62,344 bases of DNA from a virus (Duplodnaviria; Caudoviricetes): positions 1 through 62,344 of IMG/VR virus record IMGVR_UViG_3300030397_000356; one strand, 5' to 3'. Below, in pieces: positions 1 to 11,127 of the stretch. The position numbers and the translations under genes are program-made. Every line of letters starts with the position of its first letter. Positions within the stretch are counted from its first letter, which is position 1. The notes under the pieces are model-generated. The model saw nothing but the letters and a program-made list of their open reading frames with translations. It searched no databases and was not told where the DNA came from.

Positions 1-3000
1 GTGACAACCGATTCTTTTTTGTCGATTAATTTGAACACATTGGTAGAATCATAGGAGTATGTTATCCCAGCCACTTGTACGTTTTGCCAGTTATCCACAT
101 CTTGAGTCAAAAACTCTATAGTGAAAGCGTTTAGGAAGCGATAATCCAAGCCTTCTGTCGCCAACAGTTTCTGTCCCCCTACCTCATATGTTATTTTTGC
201 GGCGTATGCCGGTTTTGAAAGACGCAGTATCTTGTTCGAGGTCAGTGAGGATATTTCACTAAAATCTATAAAATTTTCAGCATTTTCAATGGTTTCTGTA
301 ACGTCTACATCAAAGAAGTATCCATTATAAGGTCTCAATTCCTCAACAACGTCTGGCAGATCATGCCATCTCGTGTGATCTGACAACCTGATCGGAACGT
401 AGCCCCTACCAATGGGTGCGCCAGTTGGTGGGAGAAATTCAAGACGCAGTTCTTGCCTTACGACATCATCTGTTTTAAGCTTTACTTCTGGGTAAAACTT
501 TTGCTTTCCGTCACCGAAAGAACAGACCCTATATGCCCAAAAATCGTCTATATCCACACCCCTCAACAGCTTATGCCCCATAAACGCATTAAGTGATTTG
601 TCTGTTCCTTTGTTTTGTATGAACCCTTTCCAAAAAATGAATTGAGATTTTGAATCAATGTTTAAATTGATCATATACTCTTTAGGGCCGTCATATCCTA
701 TCGATTTTCTGGAAACCTCATTAGTTGGTCCACCCCGAATACTACTATAAACATCATAATAGTCTCTTATGTCTTGTATAGACTTTTCTATGTTGTTAAT
801 AAGACTATCTTCGTTGATAACAAACCCTCCGACGTTTATACGCCCAAAAGAATCAACTGGTCGTAGATAACTCAAAAACAGCCTTGGAGTCTTCAACCCA
901 AGGAACGGGTCATATATTACTTTCTTTCCTGTCGTATAGTGATTAAATCTGCATATGTGAGTTACTTCAAATATTGAATATACCGCTCCCCCTATTTCCA
1001 ATTTAGAGTTTTCAGTAAGAAGGACATTGGTTTCCGTATCATGTCTGAAAAACAATATGTCACTAAGGTCGATGTAATTGGAGTGTATATCGAAGACATG
1101 ATTTTTTTCAAACATGTTGCTTCTGTCCAGCTTCTCTGGTAAGCCTCTCTCATGGCTTATAACAAAGTGTCTGCGGTATGGATTCATTGTCTTTTCTGGA
1201 AGAACCCGGTCTTCTCTAAAGATTTCAATAACTATCTCACCGGCCCCGGTAGAAAACCTGATATGTTTTCCACTTTTAGCGTTTTGTTCCGTGTAAGCTA
1301 TTTGTATATCCCCGGAGTTGGATACTATGGCATAATAAGGAACAAACGAATTAAACGGACTTGAAAGTTCATCCGGTAATGAGCCTTTTCCTTCTTGACT
1401 TCTCAGTCTTATTTTTTGTCCAGTGCTTAGGAATTTTCCAGAAGGATTCGTAAAAGAGCTTGAAGAAACGTCAACCGTGGCAGTTATTCTGGCTGGCTTT
1501 TCTTCAGCCCTTCTTACAAGCATATCCAGCCAAGAGATGAATTCTTCTAATTCCAACAACCATTCGTTATTTCGGCCTTTGTCTTTTTCGCTCTTATTAG
1601 ACAGATCTTGTGGAACAGAAACTATTCCTCGATCAGCCAACAGAGCTTCATATCCAAAAATAATGTCTATCAGCGACTGTACTCTGGTGACGCTCTGGCC
1701 GTCAAACAGGTCCAACACAAATCTTTTATCCACATCATGTCGTCTAAACCCATAATCTACTTCAGATAGTGGATCAAACGTTGTTAAAACCTTACCTGCC
1801 CAGAAGTTCCCGCTGCCAATAGTAGAAAAGTTCAAAATAGTTCCAGTCAATGCCAGCTCTTCGGTTTCGGCTAGCTGAAAGTCTGTATCGTTAATCTTGA
1901 ACACGTAATATGGTTTGTCTCTCGACAGTGGCTCAGGCAAAACTCCATCAGTGTCTAGATAGACTTCTTGGCCAGTTTCCCAAGGAATTGTTATTACATT
2001 TGATGGGATTACCACACCATCTACTGTGTCGTCCGGGACATTTACAGTCTCCAACACTCGTATTATCGTGTTATTAGTAACGGGAGAGTATTCAACATAA
2101 TCAACAGTGTAAGTACCATTATAATTCGATGATCCCGTTATAGTTATCTGGTCTTGAACTCTAAAATGCTCTAACAAGTTTCCTTGCAGCACGAAAGATT
2201 TTTTGAACACATAGCCCGTATTGCCGGTTGAAGATGTGAACCCAGAAAAGATAGAAGAAAACAACGTATCTGTGGTTACAGAAACCGTAGAAGTTGTTGA
2301 TGTGGTATTGCTTTTTATGACTAAGAATCCGTTTTCAAGATCAACGAACCCGTCAGTGAGTTGGGCATTGATTATATCAATCAATTCTTCAACAGTGGTT
2401 GCGCCGTTGAAAGTTATAGACACCGTGTTAGTTATACTTCCATCAAAAATTATAGTTGATTCATACTGTCCACTCGACACAGCAACGGTATCTCCCAATC
2501 CTATAGGCGATGAATATATCGCTCTCCAAAATCCTCTAGGCGGTTCCAAAGGAACATCCGTTATAGAATAGCTGCCAGTAGTAAAACGGTTTGTTCCAAC
2601 TAGCCTAACCTTATAATTTTGTGGGTGATAGTACTCTACTTTCTTTATCTTTTCAGGGGAATGTACTTTTGCTCTGAATACCCAATTTTTGGTTCCGTAA
2701 TCATCTCTTTCTGTTAAAGGAGCCTTTTTGCTAACTGCCCACGTTATAGCGGAAAATATATTTGACTCGGATCTCAATTTTTTGTCGATAAAAACCTTAT
2801 AGTCTCGGTTGACTATATCAATTTTATCTCCAAAAACGTCCAGTGTTGTGTCATTTATCAAACTGTTGAATACATAAGACGGGAACATCTCCCATCCGGT
2901 CCAAAGCCTCTTGTATTCATCCACCTCATTGTATCTGTTGTAGTTTACTATCCATTGCTGAAGGCCCTGAGACTTGTACAGATCCCCGTTTGTTCTGTAT

Positions 3001-6000
3001 TCTCCATGAAATACTGTTCTATTATGAGGATTGACGTTTTCAGTGTCTTTGTTGACCAGTAGACAATCCACTGACACATAATCATCGCCGTAATTTCTAC
3101 TATAAAACTCTATTGGGTCCAACTGAAACGCCGATTTCAGCAAAAAGTAGAGGTAGTCTGAGCTATTTCGCCACTCCCATTCAGATGGAGCGCCCTTCCC
3201 AAACTCATAGTTGGCATTAGGAGAGGCGATGTGGTCTCCTAAACTCTTGTCGTAAAGCGGCTTAAATCTGCTATCAGGGGATAATGAGCCGTCCCAATAA
3301 GGTGGGGCTAGCCCGTCGGGCTCTATTCCGTTAATAACAGATGATGTTACGTTTACCGGAACATATTGAAATACTTGTGTCTCTCCGGGAGATTGTGAAG
3401 ATATGTTCACCCCGTCCGGTAAAACCTCTCCTGCCGGGACAACACCGTCAAATATGTTATCCCACATTTCGTCTTTCCAATAGCGATTAACGTTTGGATC
3501 TGTATTCAAATAAGTATCTTTCCACCATGCAGGCTCTTCAGAGTATCCCTGCAATACCCAAGGCTCCCTATGTGGAAATGCCGTTCCATACACGTCTTCA
3601 TACAACGCTTGCCAAGATGATTTATTTCTAGGCCATAAACCTCCAGTGAGCGGATGAGATTGAATGTCGGTGAATCCATAATTCCACGTGAATGGGTTAG
3701 TCGGGTCAAAATCGGCATTTGTTAAAGTCCCTTCCCCCACTCTTGAAAAGAATTCATCTCTTTCTTTTTTTGCAAACTTCGGGTTTGATGTTGTTTTGTT
3801 GAGATCGTAAAAATACTTCAAAGGCTGATTCAATATCGCGGCATCATACAAGTTTTTCTCTATAAGGTACAATGCCTTTGCCAGCTTTTCCACAACATCT
3901 ATTTCAACCCAGACACCTGATTGCAATCTGTAAAGATAGATATCTTTTGTTTCTATCACACCCCTTATCAAATAATCTCCTTCATTGTAGTTAGAAGGAC
4001 TTGGGAAGCTGTCTGCTGTTGAAGAAACCCGTTGGGTGTTTTGAGTCAACAAAGCATAAAAGTTAGCTTTATGTGTCGGTGTTATAACAATTCTTGAATA
4101 TGTCCCATCATGCCGTTTTATGGTCCATGCTCCGTCTACATCCTTAAACACTTGAGGGACCGACGGGTCTGTCATCCTCAACATAGCTGAGGTAGACACC
4201 CAATTTTTTATCCCCACATCGCCTACGGAGCTAAAAGAATCTCCAAATATTCTATCTAGCCTCACATCGCTTTCAATCTTTTCTTTCAGGTCTTCAAAGA
4301 CCTCATCGATTGAAGAGTCAATAAATGATGGAAGATTTTTCAGATATGCAATAATAATATCATATACAATATTATCGTATGCTTCGGCCACAAATTCTAT
4401 CGCTTTCGGAACACTAGTATTTTTGGAGAGTATGGCCGAGGCCAGAAGATCAAGCCTTCCATTGTGTTCTTTTATAGTACCACCCACTCCCATGTTTGGA
4501 TTTTTTACCGCATGGAAAAAGTCTTCAGATGGTAATTCTGCCGAATACTTCTTGGACTGTTGCGACATTGTAATAGTTTTGAAATGCCTAAAAACTTCAG
4601 ACAAGCTCAAAGACTTTCTAAGATCATGTGCTATATTGAATTTCCAATTATTTGGAATGTCCCAATAGTCTCCCACTTTTTTGGGAACCGATTGCTCGTA
4701 ATTGTTCCCCCGTCTCCATATCGATTTAATAGTGGAGTCTCTAAGGTCTAAATAGCATATGAGTTTGTCATTCTCATCGACTAGGCCGTGTTCAAAAACA
4801 AGATCTTTTGGATTTCTGTTATATTCTATTCTTCTATTAAGAATCGTATTTAGTGTAAAATCCCCGTTTTCTTTGAACCAAAAAATCGGGTTACAGTCGT
4901 CAAGCTGATTGCCATGGATGTCATATAATTTGAAAAACGGGTACTCGTTAACACCGGATAGAGTTTGTTCAATCTTTTTGTACCTGCTCAGGTTATACGT
5001 GTCAGTATTACCATACGGGTCTATTACAGTGACGGCTCTTCTGCCTATATCGTCGCTCCAATATTCGCCTAATTCTATTCGTACAACAGTTTCTTCATCT
5101 ATCGTGATGTCGTTATCGAAAATTATTCCAGAGATATAACCGTTTGATCGAAGCTCATAAAATTTTCCATACATGCGCCGACCATCTATGTATACCCTGA
5201 TGTCTCCCTCTTGCCAGTCTTCCGCTAGACACAAATCATGAAGGGAAGAGTCCAGTTCTATTTTGGCACCACTATACGAAGCAAGGGGATTAAACTCTTG
5301 CCAATATAATCCAATTTTTGTCAAATATTGATGATTAAGGTCACTGACAGAAATCCCTTGAGACACCGACGGTCCCAGAAGCATCGGGTTTATTTCAGGT
5401 TCAACGCTTGTTGGTGTTATATTCCCTATCCCTAAAAAAGCCCAATGGTTCGCCGCTGGATCGTAAATATCTCCTAACGCGGTCAAATGTGGATATATCG
5501 TTCCACCACCATCAGCTTCATAGATAAAAGAGGACTCATCTCCCACCGCCAAAAACAGGCTCGCTATTGTTATAACAGTATTCCACCTAGAGCCCTGTTC
5601 ATATTCGACGAATTCTATATCTTCTATCGTATATTGTCCGTCATTGTTTGTAAATCCAACAAGGTTTATCTTGTCACCCGGCTTTAAATATGGTGTTAGG
5701 TTGCCAAATTTTTCTGGGATAACTATCTTGTTCCCCGAATTTAGAAACACCGGCCTAGAATTGTCGTTCGGTATCTGGATTGGTTGGATTTCTAATAAAG
5801 ACGGCTCAACGTCTGTTTCTATATAGCCTTCAGAAGACGTTGCTCGGTATGCCCATCTGTATGTGAATTTAGAAAATTCTGATAATTCCACATAGTCTTC
5901 ATATTCTATGATAGGCTGTAGAGCTTGACGCTTGCCGGAAAAATTGTTTATTTGGTTTTTATGAACCCATTTATTGCTTTCTATCCAATCATTTGTGTCT

Positions 6001-7421
6001 GGAACAAAAGTCGAAAGTTTTTCTTCTTTCAACAGGGAAAAGCCGTATATTTTTGGAACCCAGACACCAGACTCTCTTTGTAGTAGTACGTCTTGCGTCT
6101 TGTCATGATAGAAATCATATTCCTGCGGGACAGGAAATTGTGAATCTAGGTCATTGACTACATAGATTTCAAAAGATATTTGATAATCTTGAAAGAATTC
6201 GGCCCCTTCTACAATGAACGAACTTTCAAGACCGGGAGTGTGCGCGAAGCTTTGGATTCTATAGTCACCTCTGTTTGGGCCAGACAATATTCTAATACCG
6301 TAAGTGACACTCGGGTCCATAGTGTCGAACACCGGATCGTGGGGTTGAGTTATTTCATTAGATCCAGTCGATGCAACAGTTCCGTTCGTAGAAGACCCGA
6401 CCAATCTTCTATTACACCAAACAGGAAGCCCTATGTCATATACCTTTATGTATGGAACGTCTTTAACTCTTTTGGGGTCTTGGAAATAGTAATTCTCCCA
6501 AAAGGCCGAGTATACTAAAGGATGTAAAGAGACTTTACCTCCATACACATAGGCCGGAGAGTTTCTAAGCTTTATATGAGTTTTATCGTTGACATCATCA
6601 TACGATACCGATTCAACCTCTACGAGTTCTTGAAAAGAACCAATAGAGAAATATAAGCTCAATATGGCTCCTTCCTGTAAAGTTTGGAAAAACTGACCAG
6701 AAACTTCTAACGTATTAGGGCCAGAAAGTGACATGTCAAAATCTAGCCTAACATATTCGTGAGTAGATCCAATTGATGTAACAGATCCGGTTTCAATATT
6801 AACTAGGCTCCCTCCGTCCTTTACGACAGAGGTGTATGTGTTCTGGGTAGAATCATAAACTATGAAAAAACCATCAGGCTCGGACGATATTAGAGTCCCG
6901 CTTTTTCTTTCCTGCACTCCGGAAAAGGTGGTTTTTTTCAATTCTTCGTATGAAGCCTCGGCTCTCGATTTTTGGTTTTTGATAACAATATAGTTTGGAG
7001 AAGTTGTTTGATCTGTCCAATAATAATTTTGATAATTTATCAACTTATCGATAGATATAGGCGGAGCAAAATTAAACTGCAACACTTTACCCCATTCTGA
7101 AAAAGATTCTAGATCTACCCCGCTGTCTTCCATTGCCTCTAAAAACTTTTGGAAAGTTAAAAACGTGTCACCAACGTTAATAACTTCTTGAATTTGATTT
7201 TTTTGCAAGTAGTCGTTTTCTTCTTCTATCCTGTTTGATAAAGTTGGGCTAGTTTGACCGATATACCCGAAAACTTCTTCAAATTTCTTTTTCGTCAAGA
7301 AGCGATTGAAAAGGTTTTTAGATATACCTTCCCATAGCCTACTTCTTAAATATTCAGGCATAAGTGAAGAAGTGTCTATAACTTCTCCTTTGGAATAATC
7401 CATCAATCCTTTTTCAGACAT
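1..7421 (-). CDS. Giant virion structural protein (baseplate wedge/tail-associated, gp7-like position), >2,470 aa, truncated by the window edge
   Basis: ATG at 7421 reads MSEKGLMDYSKGEVIDTSSLMPEYLRSRLWEGISKNLFNRFLTK; the same frame is open at the left edge (...VAGITYSYDSTNVFKLIDKKESVV). The track has no long minus-strand ORF here, as expected for a frame with no stop inside the window. Late promoter at 7448-7455; lies downstream of gp6. Confidence 0.85.
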   Translation of the reverse strand, partial: MSEKGLMDYSKGEVIDTSSLMPEYLRSRLWEGISKNLFNRFLTKKKFEEVFGYIGQTSPTLSNRIEEENDYLQKNQIQEVINVGDTFLTFQKFLEAMEDSGVDLESFSEWGKVLQFNFAPPISIDKLINYQNYYWTDQTTSPNYIVIKNQKSRAEASYEELKKTTFSGVQERKSGTLISSEPDGFFIVYDSTQNTYTSVVKDGGSLVNIETGSVTSIGSTHEYVRLDFDMSLSGPNTLEVSGQFFQTLQEGAILSLYFSIGSFQELVEVESVSYDDVNDKTHIKLRNSPAYVYGGKVSLHPLVYSAFWENYYFQDPKRVKDVPYIKVYDIGLPVWCNRRLVGSSTNGTVASTGSNEITQPHDPVFDTMDPSVTYGIRILSGPNRGDYRIQSFAHTPGLESSFIVEGAEFFQDYQISFEIYVVNDLDSQFPVPQEYDFYHDKTQDVLLQRESGVWVPKIYGFSLLKEEKLSTFVPDTNDWIESNKWVHKNQINNFSGKRQALQPIIEYEDYVELSEFSKFTYRWAYRATSSEGYIETDVEPSLLEIQPIQIPNDNSRPVFLNSGNKIVIPEKFGNLTPYLKPGDKINLVGFTNNDGQYTIEDIEFVEYEQGSRWNTVITIASLFLAVGDESSFIYEADGGGTIYPHLTALGDIYDPAANHWAFLGIGNITPTSVEPEINPMLLGPSVSQGISVSDLNHQYLTKIGLYWQEFNPLASYSGAKIELDSSLHDLCLAEDWQEGDIRVYIDGRRMYGKFYELRSNGYISGIIFDNDITIDEETVVRIELGEYWSDDIGRRAVTVIDPYGNTDTYNLSRYKKIEQTLSGVNEYPFFKLYDIHGNQLDDCNPIFWFKENGDFTLNTILNRRIEYNRNPKDLVFEHGLVDENDKLICYLDLRDSTIKSIWRRGNNYEQSVPKKVGDYWDIPNNWKFNIAHDLRKSLSLSEVFRHFKTITMSQQSKKYSAELPSEDFFHAVKNPNMGVGGTIKEHNGRLDLLASAILSKNTSVPKAIEFVAEAYDNIVYDIIIAYLKNLPSFIDSSIDEVFEDLKEKIESDVRLDRIFGDSFSSVGDVGIKNWVSTSAMLRMTDPSVPQVFKDVDGAWTIKRHDGTYSRIVITPTHKANFYALLTQNTQRVSSTADSFPSPSNYNEGDYLIRGVIETKDIYLYRLQSGVWVEIDVVEKLAKALYLIEKNLYDAAILNQPLKYFYDLNKTTSNPKFAKKERDEFFSRVGEGTLTNADFDPTNPFTWNYGFTDIQSHPLTGGLWPRNKSSWQALYEDVYGTAFPHREPWVLQGYSEEPAWWKDTYLNTDPNVNRYWKDEMWDNIFDGVVPAGEVLPDGVNISSQSPGETQVFQYVPVNVTSSVINGIEPDGLAPPYWDGSLSPDSRFKPLYDKSLGDHIASPNANYEFGKGAPSEWEWRNSSDYLYFLLKSAFQLDPIEFYSRNYGDDYVSVDCLLVNKDTENVNPHNRTVFHGEYRTNGDLYKSQGLQQWIVNYNRYNEVDEYKRLWTGWEMFPSYVFNSLINDTTLDVFGDKIDIVNRDYKVFIDKKLRSESNIFSAITWAVSKKAPLTERDDYGTKNWVFRAKVHSPEKIKKVEYYHPQNYKVRLVGTNRFTTGSYSITDVPLEPPRGFWRAIYSSPIGLGDTVAVSSGQYESTIIFDGSITNTVSITFNGATTVEELIDIINAQLTDGFVDLENGFLVIKSNTTSTTSTVSVTTDTLFSSIFSGFTSSTGNTGYVFKKSFVLQGNLLEHFRVQDQITITGSSNYNGTYTVDYVEYSPVTNNTIIRVLETVNVPDDTVDGVVIPSNVITIPWETGQEVYLDTDGVLPEPLSRDKPYYVFKINDTDFQLAETEELALTGTILNFSTIGSGNFWAGKVLTTFDPLSEVDYGFRRHDVDKRFVLDLFDGQSVTRVQSLIDIIFGYEALLADRGIVSVPQDLSNKSEKDKGRNNEWLLELEEFISWLDMLVRRAEEKPARITATVDVSSSSFTNPSGKFLSTGQKIRLRSQEGKGSLPDELSSPFNSFVPYYAIVSNSGDIQIAYTEQNAKSGKHIRFSTGAGEIVIEIFREDRVLPEKTMNPYRRHFVISHERGLPEKLDRSNMFEKNHVFDIHSNYIDLSDILFFRHDTETNVLLTENSKLEIGGAVYSIFEVTHICRFNHYTTGKKVIYDPFLGLKTPRLFLSYLRPVDSFGRINVGGFVINEDSLINNIEKSIQDIRDYYDVYSSIRGGPTNEVSRKSIGYDGPKEYMINLNIDSKSQFIFWKGFIQNKGTDKSLNAFMGHKLLRGVDIDDFWAYRVCSFGDGKQKFYPEVKLKTDDVVRQELRLEFLPPTGAPIGRGYVPIRLSDHTRWHDLPDVVEELRPYNGYFFDVDVTETIENAENFIDFSEISSLTSNKILRLSKPAYAAKITYEVGGQKLLATEGLDYRFLNAFTIEFLTQDVDNWQNVQVAGITYSYDSTNVFKLIDKKESVV

Positions 7422-7447
7422 TCTCTAATTTGAGTTTTGGCTTTATC

Positions 7448-7455
7448 TATTTATA
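7448..7455 (-). promoter_or_regulatory. T4-type late promoter TATAAATA
   Basis: TATTTATA on + strand, 27 nt upstream of the giant ORF start. Confidence 0.8.
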
Positions 7456-7480
7456 CCGGAGCCAATTAGAGGGTTTTCGT

Positions 7481-10393
7481 TCAAAGACGTTGTACGAGAG
7501 TTCTAGAGTCTAGATTTTGTACGATCTCTATGTCGTCTACACTTATGCTGGCCTGTAGTATTTCGTCTTCATGTGGTATTATTTGGTGAAGATCGCCAAA
7601 ATACGAGTCCGGGTGTTTTGGGACTAACACTACTGATTCTATCGCATGTGAAAGGTTGTTATGGATAGCAGTAGATAGCTCAGTGAAAAAGAAAGGTTGG
7701 CCGAAGTTCCATAGATTTATATTAAAAAATTTGTTGACGACATCAACAATTTGGCTTTTTAGCCTATTGTCACTTATGACCGAAGTTGAAGATTTCACAA
7801 CCTTTATAGTCCCCTGTAATTCTCTCGGAGCCTTTGAACCTATGATAGGCTTTATTTTTCCGGGATGTAGAATCATGGTGTCTGATATCATCTTGTTCTC
7901 TATCAAGTATGAATACGATGATTTAAGCTCAAACGGGGTTGGAGTTTTCGGCTCTTCATCTAATTGTCCGTTTAACCACAGCTTCACTCTTGAATAATAG
8001 CCACGTGTTATAATAAAAGTGTCTATTATGTTGGAAGCCGCCGGGTCTATAAGGTGGTAACGTGGAGTTCGATGCATCCACAAAAAGTTGATTTTCTCAA
8101 CTCCTCTAAGCCTCTTCCATAGGTTCTCAGTATCATTGTTATATGCGTTTAAAACTTCTTCAGAGTATGGCACATATTCCCAAGGAGAGTCTAAATCTTT
8201 TCTATTAAAATACACATAATCGTTTGTTCCAATAAGATAAGACAAGTCGATTCCGTCTGGAAAACCGTTGTTGTCTTCATCTGATGGAAGTATTGAGAGC
8301 GTATGAAAATCACAAGTCCCTTTAAGCAGGCCCGTATCTAAAGACACTCCGTTACTTATTACGAAATGTTTATTTTCGTCAAGCACCGACCCATTTGACC
8401 CAACATTGGCCTTTAACACCACAATGTTGTCTTTCTTGGAATTCATTGTGTCATATGTCAACACTTTTTCTTCATAATTGCTCAAATTAAAACGAATCTC
8501 GTCGCTGTGAGCATAAAGTTCTCTGGTTTTGAAAACTATAATCCAACTATTGTCCGCTTGAGAGGTTATTGAGATGTCCCAATCACCTGTCCCCGGATCT
8601 AGACTAGAGTCCCAAAAATTGTCAGCTTGGTTGGCCTGTATGTTGTATGTGAGATACAAAGTGTTTGGGGCAGATGTTATTATGGAATTGATTTTTCCTA
8701 CTAAATCGTTGAATTCTGACGAGTCAAATTCGTATCTGGCGTATTCCGGCTTTAACCCTTTCAAAACTAGTGAGTTATAAAAGTCTTGTCTCCTTAACAC
8801 AGGCTCTATGTGATTCTTTAAAAGGGCTGTTATCAGCGATACGTTTAGTCCACCATCTCTTGGAGGAAGCTGTTCTGGTAAAATGTTGAAGCTCTTGTCT
8901 TCGTCATTGAAATACAATACTAGATCGTCCCCAAAAAGCTTTACATTTTCATAGTATTCTTTTGGATCATGCCATCCTATGTATTTTGAATCCCCGGAAA
9001 AAGTTCTGTTAATAGATCGAACTTTTAGAATTGTGTTGTCTTGAAGAAGGAATTCATTATAGTCCCGTCCAGTGACCATTCTGTCTTGTGTAAAATAGAC
9101 AGAGGGTGCGATATCTCTTATCCTTTCAATAGATTCACTTGGTGCTGAATTTTGTATAGGCGATAAAAGACTGAACGTGAATGTCAACGTTCTTAACAAT
9201 CCGGATTCGTCGGTATACGTCAAACTAGCAGTCTTATTTTGTATACTGTTTCTAGGAATAACTAGTTCTTTATCCGCGTTTGAGGACGTTCTATACCAAA
9301 CGTCAAACCGTCCTGATGGAATGTTAGAAAAATTTCCGTCACCGAATATGAGCCTCACTCCATCATTATCCAAAGTCTCTATCTCATACTTGTTTCTAGT
9401 CGGGAGCGTGTTATACAGGACATTTTGAGCGTTCCCTAAATCAACGCTTTGCCATTCTCCTATTCTAGGTTCGTTATATCGTTCCCCACCACTTAAAATT
9501 TCATTAGTTTCAGGGTCGATATTATTTAACCAAACATCTATATTGTTTATTCCTGTTCTAGAGAGTTTTACTGTCTGGTTCGGTATAATACCATCGAATG
9601 TGTAAGTCTCCCTATGCAACTCGCCCTGTTTCGTTAAAAAGAAAAAGCCGGTATTGTCAGATGAATCTCCCAAACCGTCGGAAAGGTAAAGAATGTTCAT
9701 TTGTTGTTTACGCTCTGGCCTTTTTTCTATCGGACCAAACTCGTTTAATTCGGCGCTAACCAATTCCATAGGATAGGTCTCTCCATTTATAGAGACGCTG
9801 TATCTTATAGTTTCGCCAGACAAGGGCTGGTGCTTTAGTCCATACAACTCGAAAAGTATGTTTTGTACTTGTATTCTATCTGATGGTAAGACGGTTCCAA
9901 ATTTTTGTAAAAGAACTCGCTGCATTACCAACAAAAACTCTTCTTTCCAATTTTCGTTGTTTGGATCTCCCCATACGATTTTCTTGTTTCCTATATTGTT
10001 TCCATTCTTGTCAACAAGAGGCTCGTTTGTGGAAACTGATGTTATCTTAACCAGTCCTCTAGCCGGAATATTTCTTGTAGCATTATAAGAAAGGAATCGA
10101 GCCAATCTTAGAACCGAGTCTTTTCTTTCCGCAGTGGTAAGAAAATTTTCGTGAGTGTTGAGATCTATACGATATGCTAGAAGCTCGCCAAGATACGCAA
10201 ATAACTCTATAATGGCAACCATCTCAGAAGACTCTATGTAATCATTAAAGTCTTCTGGATAATACAGCTTTAAATAATCTAACATGGACTGTTTGATGGT
10301 GTCGTAGTCCCATGCCTTGAAATTAACCTGCTGGAACGAGTCGTATGCTCTTTCCCAATTTTCAGCAATGTTTTGTAGTCTATTATCCATCAA
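7481..10393 (-). CDS. gp6: Baseplate wedge subunit, gp6-like
   Basis: N-term DYDTIKQSMLDYLK...FNDYIESS...LAYRIDLNTHENFLTTAERKDSVLRLA; IFGDGNF; ESIERIRDIAP...QDRMVTGRDY are gp6/baseplate-J-type motifs; adjacent to gp25. Confidence 0.9.
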   Translation of the reverse strand: MMDNRLQNIAENWERAYDSFQQVNFKAWDYDTIKQSMLDYLKLYYPEDFNDYIESSEMVAIIELFAYLGELLAYRIDLNTHENFLTTAERKDSVLRLARFLSYNATRNIPARGLVKITSVSTNEPLVDKNGNNIGNKKIVWGDPNNENWKEEFLLVMQRVLLQKFGTVLPSDRIQVQNILFELYGLKHQPLSGETIRYSVSINGETYPMELVSAELNEFGPIEKRPERKQQMNILYLSDGLGDSSDNTGFFFLTKQGELHRETYTFDGIIPNQTVKLSRTGINNIDVWLNNIDPETNEILSGGERYNEPRIGEWQSVDLGNAQNVLYNTLPTRNKYEIETLDNDGVRLIFGDGNFSNIPSGRFDVWYRTSSNADKELVIPRNSIQNKTASLTYTDESGLLRTLTFTFSLLSPIQNSAPSESIERIRDIAPSVYFTQDRMVTGRDYNEFLLQDNTILKVRSINRTFSGDSKYIGWHDPKEYYENVKLFGDDLVLYFNDEDKSFNILPEQLPPRDGGLNVSLITALLKNHIEPVLRRQDFYNSLVLKGLKPEYARYEFDSSEFNDLVGKINSIITSAPNTLYLTYNIQANQADNFWDSSLDPGTGDWDISITSQADNSWIIVFKTRELYAHSDEIRFNLSNYEEKVLTYDTMNSKKDNIVVLKANVGSNGSVLDENKHFVISNGVSLDTGLLKGTCDFHTLSILPSDEDNNGFPDGIDLSYLIGTNDYVYFNRKDLDSPWEYVPYSEEVLNAYNNDTENLWKRLRGVEKINFLWMHRTPRYHLIDPAASNIIDTFIITRGYYSRVKLWLNGQLDEEPKTPTPFELKSSYSYLIENKMISDTMILHPGKIKPIIGSKAPRELQGTIKVVKSSTSVISDNRLKSQIVDVVNKFFNINLWNFGQPFFFTELSTAIHNNLSHAIESVVLVPKHPDSYFGDLHQIIPHEDEILQASISVDDIEIVQNLDSRTLVQRL

Positions 10394-10751
10394 ATTCCAG
10401 CCTTATCTCTAGTGTATCGTTGTAATTTATCTCAACGTATAGAAGTTTTGCTCTAACGTAAACGGCTTTTTCTGAGAATTGTGGTTCTACCTCAAAATCC
10501 AATACCTCTACTCTCGGGTCATTCTGTAAAACTGTTAGAATTTCTTCTTCCAGCAACGAGAGGGTTTCAAAGTCCATCGGCCTGAACAAGAGTCGATTGA
10601 TAGACGTGCCATATTTTGGCATCATTATTCTTGTTAGTTTTTCCGTGAAAATATTGTTCAGTATGTCTTGTTTAACTAGCTCAACGTCTTTTAATACGTA
10701 GCTTTTATTTATTTCATAGTTTCTAAGACTTATACCTCTATAAAAAGCCAT
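10383..10751 (-). CDS. gp25: Baseplate wedge subunit gp25-like (GPW/gp25 family)
   Basis: DVELVKQDILNNIFT...RIMMPKYGTSINRLLF...DPRV motif; 122 aa. Confidence 0.9.
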   Translation of the reverse strand: MAFYRGISLRNYEINKSYVLKDVELVKQDILNNIFTEKLTRIMMPKYGTSINRLLFRPMDFETLSLLEEEILTVLQNDPRVEVLDFEVEPQFSEKAVYVRAKLLYVEINYNDTLEIRLEFDG

Positions 10752-10791
10752 CAGTTAAAAATGTCTATAATGTTAATATATTTATTCAGAA

Positions 10792-11127
10792 TCATCTTCT
10801 CCACAAAGGCCCTCTGTCATTTTCATGATCGCCTTCTATTACTCCTATTGGCTCTATCCCCTCCGGTGATGTTTCGTTATCATATTGATCTATCCAGTCA
10901 ACATTGTTTTTATACCCATCATTCTTCTCATTGACGGGATCTCCGGAATCTTGTTTCATTACTCTAGGCCAAGGCTCGTGATCTGGAACTCTATTAGGCC
11001 AAGGTGATATTTCGGCCAAAGATAAACACGATTTTTCTGCCAGCGGCGGTTGAACTGCCTCGAACTCCGGGGCAAAGTTTTCAAAGTCTTTTACTACGGC
11101 TTCGTTTTTTGACCAGCTATTAGCCAT
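10792..11127 (-). CDS. Small protein coupled to gp5 (candidate spike-associated protein)
   Basis: Start overlaps the gp5 stop (TAATG); RVPDHEPWPR motif; lies between gp5 and gp25. Confidence 0.6.
   Translation of the reverse strand: MANSWSKNEAVVKDFENFAPEFEAVQPPLAEKSCLSLAEISPWPNRVPDHEPWPRVMKQDSGDPVNEKNDGYKNNVDWIDQYDNETSPEGIEPIGVIEGDHENDRGPLWRR

Noticed and set aside
1114-6518. Short ORFs listed in the track over the first 6.5 kb
   Set aside because: Antisense or alternative-frame shadows of the giant minus-strand gene
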